Below are positions 57,953 to 64,000 of a stretch of DNA of 64,000 bases, one piece after another. Source of the stretch: an uncultured Actinomycetota bacterium (GTDB taxonomy: Bacteria; Actinomycetota; Actinomycetes; JAFAQI01); assembly GCA_963770565.1 (NCBI GenBank), contig CAVYQE010000001.1:160001-224000 (forward strand), written 5' to 3'. Under the pieces are notes generated by a model. That model did not search any database. It saw nothing but the letters and a program-made list of their open reading frames with translations, and was not told where the DNA came from. Made by a program: the position numbers and the translations under genes. The first letter of the stretch is position 1; every line of letters begins with the position of its first letter.

Positions 57953-59419
57953 TCAAGTTCCTTTGGCGATGAATGTGACCAGCGGAAAGGTGATCGCCAT
58001 CGGCCGCGCGTCGCCGCGCCGCCGCGGCAACACAATCTCTTCGGTCGCCTCGCTGCTGATCGATGCCCTTCGTCGTTGGCGATTTGCAAGTAGCCGAACA
58101 GATCGATCACGCCCGAGTCGGGCGGATGCTCGCCGAGCAGGCTTCCCAAAGTGACATGGCCGCTGCGCTCGACGGCCTCTTGCACCTGGCGGCGCAGCCG
58201 CCGCCAATCGATCCGCGGCAAGTCCTTGAAACTGCGGAGGAATTCGAGCCGCTGCTCGTCGGCGACGATATGCTCGGCCAGCTCCACGCGCTCGAAGCGC
58301 CCCGGCTCGGTCCAGAAGGTGCGGGCCAGGGGCGATTCGATCTCGATCCGGGCGTCGATTTCCAGGGCGATCGCGTCGCCCGGCGGCTGGGAGGCCAGCG
58401 CCGCCGCCAGGCCGCGAATCTCGCGGAGCAATTCCGCGACGCGCCGCCGCTCGCGGTGGGCCTTCACATCGAGCAGCCGCCGGAGGGTCGAAGTGAGCCG
58501 CCGGGTGGTTTGCGTCACCTTTTCCGCTTCGGCCAACAGCAGCGGCACCATCCGCCGCACGGCCTCGATCCCTTCGGTTTGCTCGGCGAGTTCCTCGATC
58601 CGCAACGATTTGCTGAATGATGGCCCGCAGCCGGTCTTGCTGCGGCGGTGAATGGATGAAGCGGAGGAATTCGAAGAAGCTGACGCCTTGATCCTCTTGT
58701 TTCAAAGCGTCTTCGGCGTCGAGGGCCTCGCCGAGAATGCCGCCGCGCGAGGTGGTGCCTTGCACTTGCCGCTGCTGCACATCGCCGGTGATCTCGCGAA
58801 ACTTTTCCTCGACCGCGCGAAAATCCCCTTGCAACTCCTTGAGCAACGAGACGGCCGTGGCAAACTGCTCGCGGATCCGCGTCGGCTTGTAGCGATCGAC
58901 GAAGCCGTCGCTCTCGATTTGCGCGATCTGCTGGGCGATGCGGTCTTGCTCGGCCCGCAGCCGCTCGAGATGGACGGTCGGATCGTCCGAGGCGCCGATC
59001 ACCAGGCGGTCCAATGTTTCGATGACCAGCTTGAGCCGCGATTCGGTGCCGACGAAGCCCTGCTCGGGGGCGATCGCCTTGTCGAGAAAGGCCAGCACTT
59101 GCTCGGTGTGCGGCGAAAGTTCGTAGACCGGCTCGTTCCGCTCGACGCCGAATCGCCGCACCAACCACCGCCGCTCGCCGACGCACCATTCGGTGAGATA
59201 CGTCTCGGGGCGGTCGCGGAGCACCTCGGCATCGACCTCGCGGGCTTCTTCGATATAGGCGGCGAGCGCCGGCAGCAAATCGCTGTGCGGCACGACGATC
59301 AGTTCCGTGGCCTTGAACTGCCGGTTGCAGAAAATCGACCACATAGGGGGCCTGTTGCGCGGAGCAGCTTGATCGCCGGCGAGGTCTCGAAATACACCAA
59401 AAGCGCGCTGAAGATTCAT
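57953..59419 (-). CDS. jetA: Wadjet JetA (DUF3375; frameshifted)
   Basis: YLTEW, YELSPHTEQVL, FVGTESRL, LQGDFRAVEEKFR, DQGVSFFEF; first gene of jetABCD. Confidence 0.88.
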   Translation of the reverse strand: MNLQRAFGVFRDLAGDQAAPRNRPPMWSIFCNRQFKATELIVVPHSDLLPALAAYIEEAREVDAEVLRDRPETYLTEWCVGERRWLVRRFGVERNEPVYELSPHTEQVLAFLDKAIAPEQGFVGTESRLKLVIETLDRLVIGASDDPTVHLERLRAEQDRIAQQIAQIESDGFVDRYKPTRIREQFATAVSLLKELQGDFRAVEEKFREITGDVQQRQVQGTTSRGGILGEALDAEDALKQEDQGVSFFEFLRFIHSPPQQDRLRAIIQQIVADRGTRRANRRDRGRAADGAAAVGRSGKGDANHPAAHFDPPAAARCEGPPRAAARRGIAPRDSRPGGGAGLPAAGRRDRPGNRRPDRDRIAPGPHLLDRAGALRARGAGRAYRRRRAAARIPPQFQGLAADRLAAAAPPGARGRRAQRPCHFGKPARRASARLGRDRSVRLLANRQRRRASISSEATEEIVLPRRRGDARPMAITFPLVTFIAKGT

Positions 59420-59771
59420 GCCCTCTACTATACAAGACGCCAGTGAGCGCCGGCGACAGGGGCCGGCAAAAAACGCCCGAGTTTCTCGCCTCGGCCCATA
59501 GCAGAAGCGGCGTCCCCCGGCTTGCGCCGATGTGGAAGCGGCGTCCCGCCGCTCGATTCGACGGGAAAACCGGCGGGACGCCGGCGAGCAACCGCACGTT
59601 AGCCGGCTTGCGTGCCAGCCTCCGTCGGGATTGGATCGACCGTCGATGGCCGCCATGCTTCGGCGCCGCCGGCCGAATCCGCACGGCGGTTCGCCAGCGA
59701 ACCGGCTCACGAATACGGCGAGACGCCGCTTCCCCATGGGCCGCCGCGGCGACTTTTCGCGATCGCCGGCC

Positions 59772-60956
59772 TCAAATCGCCGCAAAGCTCGAACCGAGCG
59801 CCTCGATGATGAAGTCGCTCGATTCGATCCCGACCGAAAGCCGGATCGTCCCCCCGTTGATGCCCAGCGCTTCGCGGGCGGCCGGGGACATGGCGCGGTG
59901 GCTGGTCGATTCGGGATGCGTCTGCGTCGTGGACAATTCGCCCAGCGATGGGCAGAAGGGAATGCGGCTGGCGGCAGCAATGAACCGCGTCGCCGCCTCC
60001 GTGCCGCCGGCGAAGCGTGAACGTCACGACCGCCCCGAAGCGCCCGCCGAATTGCCGCTTGGCTAGGGCATGGTCGGGGTGGCTGGCCAGCCCCGGATAG
60101 TGGACGATCTCGACTTCCGGCCGTGTCGGCGAGAAACTGGGCGACCGCCAAGGCATTGTCCGACGCCCGCTCGGCCCGCAGATGCAGGGTGCCCAGGCCG
60201 CGCAGGGCGAGCCAGCAATCCCAGCGGGGCCGGGCTCCAGCCCCAGGTCGAGAGGGCCGTCGGCACGCGCTGCCAGATTTCCTCGCGCCCGCAAAGCAGC
60301 CCGAGCAGCACGTCGCTATGGCCGTTCATGATTTTGGTCAGGCTCTCCAGAACCAAATCGGCGCCGAATTCCAGCGGCCGGCAGAGCGTCGGCGAGGCGA
60401 ACGTGTTATCGACCAACAACAGCGCCCCGCCGGCTGTGGGCCAGCTCGGCGAAGGCCCGCGAAATCGGACGACCCGCAACAGCGGGTTGGTGATCGTCTC
60501 GACGATCAGCAGCTTCGTGGCGGGGGTCAGGGCGGCGGCGGTCGCGCCTGGGATCGCAGGCGTCGACCGTCGTGGCCGCGATCCCCAGCCGTTGGGCCTC
60601 ATCGACCAACAGCAGCAAGCTGCGGCCGTACATCTGGTTGCCGACGACGATATGATCTCCTTGGCGGCATTGGGAAACGAGGGCCAGGGCCATCGCCCCC
60701 ATGCCCGAGGCCGTGATCGCGGCTCGCGGCTGCTCCGTGCAGTTCGCGGCATTTTTCCGCCAGCAGCTCGGAATTGGGGTGGCCGTCGCGACGGTAGGCA
60801 TGGCCCGGCAGTTCGCCCGCCAAGCAGCGCGGCGGCCTGGGTCGGGTCGGCGCAGCGATAGACGGAACTGGGATAAATCGGTGCGACCAGGGGCTCGGTA
60901 GGTTGCGTAGGCAATCTAGCGGGGCGGGGGCAAATATCGTCGGATCGGTCGGTCAT
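59772..60956 (-). CDS. Cys/Met metabolism PLP-dependent enzyme (cystathionine gamma-synthase/lyase family; frameshifted)
   Basis: YRRDGHPN, ETITNP, VDNTFASP, ESLTKIMNGHSD, YPGL, IRLSVGIE. Confidence 0.88.
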
Positions 60957-61340
60957 AATTGTCAAAAGGCTTGCATTTCATCGCTACCTCCGTTCAATTT
61001 AAGGATGCGGCCCGCCGGGGCCGATGATGTAGCGCTTAGTCCTAGTTTAACGAATATCCGGGGTGGTTGTCGCCGGTTGAGCTAAGATTCCTAGGTTCGG
61101 CCCAAGGTGATGGTCGGATTGGCTCAGCGCCACGCGGTCGTTCGGCCGTCGGTAATGTAGGGAACGGCCTGGGTGCCGATTTGGAGCGTTACGACGGATG
61201 ATAGCACTCGTTGCGCCCGGAACGCCACCGAGGGCATTCCCGACAGATCCCGAGCCGGACGAGAGTTAATACTGTTCGCGTGAGTTTCTCTACTATCTTG
61301 AATGCACTTGAGTCGGCTCGCTCTACCTGAGTCGCCCCCC

Positions 61341-63434
61341 ATGAGTTCCGCCTCCTCCTTTGATCCCGATTTGATCGACCAAACGCGGCAGCAGCTCCGC
61401 ACGCTGGTCCATGAGATCGAGGGGCTTTCGCGCTCGGAGTTGTCGCCAGGCGAGTTTTACGAGGGCTTCCTGACCCGGATCGTCTCGGCTCTGGCGGCCG
61501 TCGGCGGAGCGATCTGGACGCTCGACGAAGGGGGCCTGAAGCTCAGCTACCAGATGAATCTCCAGCAGGCCCGGCTCGGCGAGACCAACGAAGAAGATCA
61601 GCAGCGCCACGGCCGCCTGTTGCACAAAGTGGCCGCCGACGGGCAAGGGCTGCTCGTGCAGCCTCATTCCGGCGAAGGCGAAAGCGGCGAGGCCGCCAAT
61701 CCCACCGAATACCTGCTCGTGATCGGCGCGCTCAAAAGCGACACGCAGGTTCAAGGGATCGTCGAAATCTTTCAGCGGCCCGGCGGGCGGCCGACCGTCG
61801 AGCGCGGCTATCTGCGGTTCCTCCAGCAGATGTGCGATCTGGCCGGCGACTATCTCAAGACCCGCCACCTGCGGTCGTTCGCCGATCGGCAGGTCATGTG
61901 GTCGCAGCTCGAGCAATTCACGCGGCTGGTGCATGAGGGGCTCGACCCGCGGCAAACGGCCTACACGATCGCCAACGAAGGGCGGCGGCTGATCGGCTGC
62001 GACCGCGTGAGCGTGGCGCTCGAGCGCGGCGGCCGCTGCCGCATCGAGGCGATCAGCGGGCAGGAATTGCTCGACAACCGCTCCAACACGGTCACCCTGC
62101 TCGGCAAGCTGGCGACGATCGTCGTGGCCGGCGGCGAAGACCTGTGGTACAACGGCGACACCTCGAACCTCCCGCCGCAGATCGAGGAATCGGTCGAGAC
62201 CTACGCCGACGAATCCCATTCGAAGATGGTCGCGGTGCTGCCGCTCGAACGGCCGCGCGACGACACCGACGCCGAAGCCGACGAGAACGCGCCTCCCGAA
62301 TTCCTCGGCGCCCTGATCATCGAGCAGATCGCCGACGACGCGGTCAGTGAATCGATGCGGCGGCGGATCGACGTGGTGGCCGACCATAGCGCGCTGGCCC
62401 TGGCCAATGCCCGCGAGCACAACGAGCTGTTCCTGATGCCGGTTTGGCGTCTGATCGGCAAATCGCGGTGGATGGTGGCGGCCCGCACGTTGCCCAAGAC
62501 GCTCGCCATCTCGGGAGCGATCCTGGTGGCGCTGTTGGTGCTGTTTCTGTGGCCGATGAAATTCCAGCTTTCGGGCAAGGGGACGCTCGAGCCGGCCGAG
62601 CGCCGCGACGTGTTCGCCCCCGTCAAGGGAACCGTCACCAAAATCCACGTCCAGCACGGCGACCTGGTCGAGCCGGGCCAATTGCTGCTCACCCTTTATA
62701 ACAACGACATCGAGCAGGCCCTCACCGAAACCGAGGGCAAGCTCAGCTCCACCCGCGAGCAACGACTGGGAGACGAGCAGCAGCTCTTGGGAAGCAGCGG
62801 CAGCCATCTATCGCGCGAGGAATACGACCGCATCTCGGGCCAGGTGCGGCAATACCGCAGCACCGAGGATAGCCTCGACAGCCAACTCAAGCTGTTGCGC
62901 GAGAAGAAAAAACTGTTGGAAATCCGCAGCCCGATCAAGGGTCAGGTGGTCACCTGGCAGATCAACGAAAAGCTGCTCCAGCGGCCGGTCGAGGAGGGGC
63001 AGTTATTGCTCACCGTGGCCGATCCGACCGGCCAATGGGAACTCGACGTGCTGATGCCCGAGGACCGACATGGGCTTCGTCTCCCGCGCGGCGAACGAGA
63101 AGCGCCGCGGCGGCCGATGCCGGTAAGCTGCGGCCGGCGCCGATCCCGCTATCGCTGCCCAGCTCGACGCCTCCTACATCCTGGCGACCAACCCGGGCAC
63201 GCGGCATCAAGGCAAAGTGTTTTCCATCGAGCCCTCGGCCCACGTCCACGGCGACGACGGCAACGTCGTGCTGTTGAAGGTGGCCATCGACAAATCCGAG
63301 CACGACCCGGCCGATCTGCGCCCGGCGCCACGGTCACGGCCAAAGTCGATTGCGGCACGGCGTCGGTCGGCTATTGCTGGTTTCACGACGTGATTTCGTT
63401 CGTTCAATCGCGGATTCTGTTCCGCCTGTGGTAG
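61341..63434 (+). CDS. GAF-domain HlyD/efflux membrane-fusion protein (frameshift near C-terminus)
   Basis: GAF-like region (IANEGRRLIGCDRVSV), TM helix, VFAPVKGTV..VQHGDLV, IRSPIKGQV. Confidence 0.8.
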   Translation: MSSASSFDPDLIDQTRQQLRTLVHEIEGLSRSELSPGEFYEGFLTRIVSALAAVGGAIWTLDEGGLKLSYQMNLQQARLGETNEEDQQRHGRLLHKVAADGQGLLVQPHSGEGESGEAANPTEYLLVIGALKSDTQVQGIVEIFQRPGGRPTVERGYLRFLQQMCDLAGDYLKTRHLRSFADRQVMWSQLEQFTRLVHEGLDPRQTAYTIANEGRRLIGCDRVSVALERGGRCRIEAISGQELLDNRSNTVTLLGKLATIVVAGGEDLWYNGDTSNLPPQIEESVETYADESHSKMVAVLPLERPRDDTDAEADENAPPEFLGALIIEQIADDAVSESMRRRIDVVADHSALALANAREHNELFLMPVWRLIGKSRWMVAARTLPKTLAISGAILVALLVLFLWPMKFQLSGKGTLEPAERRDVFAPVKGTVTKIHVQHGDLVEPGQLLLTLYNNDIEQALTETEGKLSSTREQRLGDEQQLLGSSGSHLSREEYDRISGQVRQYRSTEDSLDSQLKLLREKKKLLEIRSPIKGQVVTWQINEKLLQRPVEEGQLLLTVADPTGQWELDVLMPEDRHGLRLPRGEREAPRRPMPVSCGRRRSRYRCPARRLLHPGDQPGHAASRQSVFHRALGPRPRRRRQRRAVEGGHRQIRARPGRSAPGATVTAKVDCGTASVGYCWFHDVISFVQSRILFRLW

Positions 63435-63446
63435 GAGGAGGAATTC

Positions 63447-64000
63447 ATGCGAAGGTCTAAATTTGTGGCGCGGTTCTCGTGGCAGTTCTGGCCACCGCGG
63501 CCCAGTCGGGTTTGGCCGCGGCGGACGACGGTCGCAACAGTCCAGCACTGCCTGGTCACTTTGAAAGACGAGGCCCAAGTGCCGGCGCAAGAGGCCGGTG
63601 TGGTCACCGAAATCATGGTCAAGGAAGGGCAAGTGGTGAAAGAAGGGCAAATCCTCGCCCAAATCGACGACGCCATTCCCCAGGCCGAATTGAAAAAAGC
63701 CGAACGCCGATCGCGAGGCGGCCAAGGAGAAGGCCGAAAGCGATGTCGACATCCGCTATGCCAACGCCGCCGCCGACGTGGCCCTCTATGAGTATCTCAA
63801 GAACAAGGAAGCCTACGACAAGGTGAAGAACTCCGTCCCGTGGGTCGAAGTCAAACGCCTGGAATTCGCCCATCAGCGGGCCGTCCTGCAAATCGAGCAA
63901 TCGCAAATCGAGCAAGCGGATCGCCAAGCTCACGACCAACTCCAAAGCCGCCGACGTGCTCGCGGCCGAGGAAGGAATCGAGCATCGCCAGATCAAATCG
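63447..64000 (+). CDS. HlyD-family periplasmic adaptor (partial, frameshifted)
   Basis: VPAQEAGVVTEIMVKEGQVVKEGQILAQID. Confidence 0.8.

Noticed and set aside
56632-58605. JetA-repeat-JetB fusion ORF
   Set aside because: Depends on a frameshift near 58070; the natural-looking JetA end (TFPLVTFIAKGT*) is at 57953.

Overview
High-GC bacterial chromosomal window, very likely from a planctomycete (Pirellulales-like). That assignment is inferred from the HYExAFE-type nuclease, the DUF11 protein, the GAF-HlyD adaptor and the atp operon layout. Many essential genes (atpA/B/D/G, tkt, rpmA, obgE, gcvH/PA/PB) carry scattered 1-bp frameshifts, which I read as uncorrected long-read errors; gene ends are therefore approximate where stated. 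Core content: SNF2 helicase end plus a YqhG-like partner, an ATP-grasp protein, a full F0F1 ATP synthase operon, BON and STAS proteins, tkt, rpmA-obgE-coaX-TrmE-like GTPase, yjbQ, dprA, a FixL/FixJ-like two-component pair, aroB, a CoA-transferase, YkgJ-hisS, HYExAFE nuclease-DUF11, the glycine cleavage operon with a lipoate ligase, a Cys/Met PLP enzyme and HlyD adaptors. Accessory content: an ABC-ATPase + TOPRIM (DUF4435, PARIS-like) pair inserted inside the gcv operon, and a type I Wadjet (jetABCD) operon. The most unusual signal is non-coding. No transposase is visible, yet there are many repeat families. These include a modular MITE with TAGGCYGTGAAAAAT-type ends and 9-bp target duplications (436, 648 and 974 bp; one copy splits a PEP-CTERM gene and one is nested in another element), a CTAG-bounded hairpin MITE amplified in tandem, ~300 bp and ~600 bp tandem composite arrays, REP-like arrays inside the gcv and Wadjet operons, and heptamer tracts at atp gene junctions. 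No tRNA, rRNA or convincing CRISPR array was seen.
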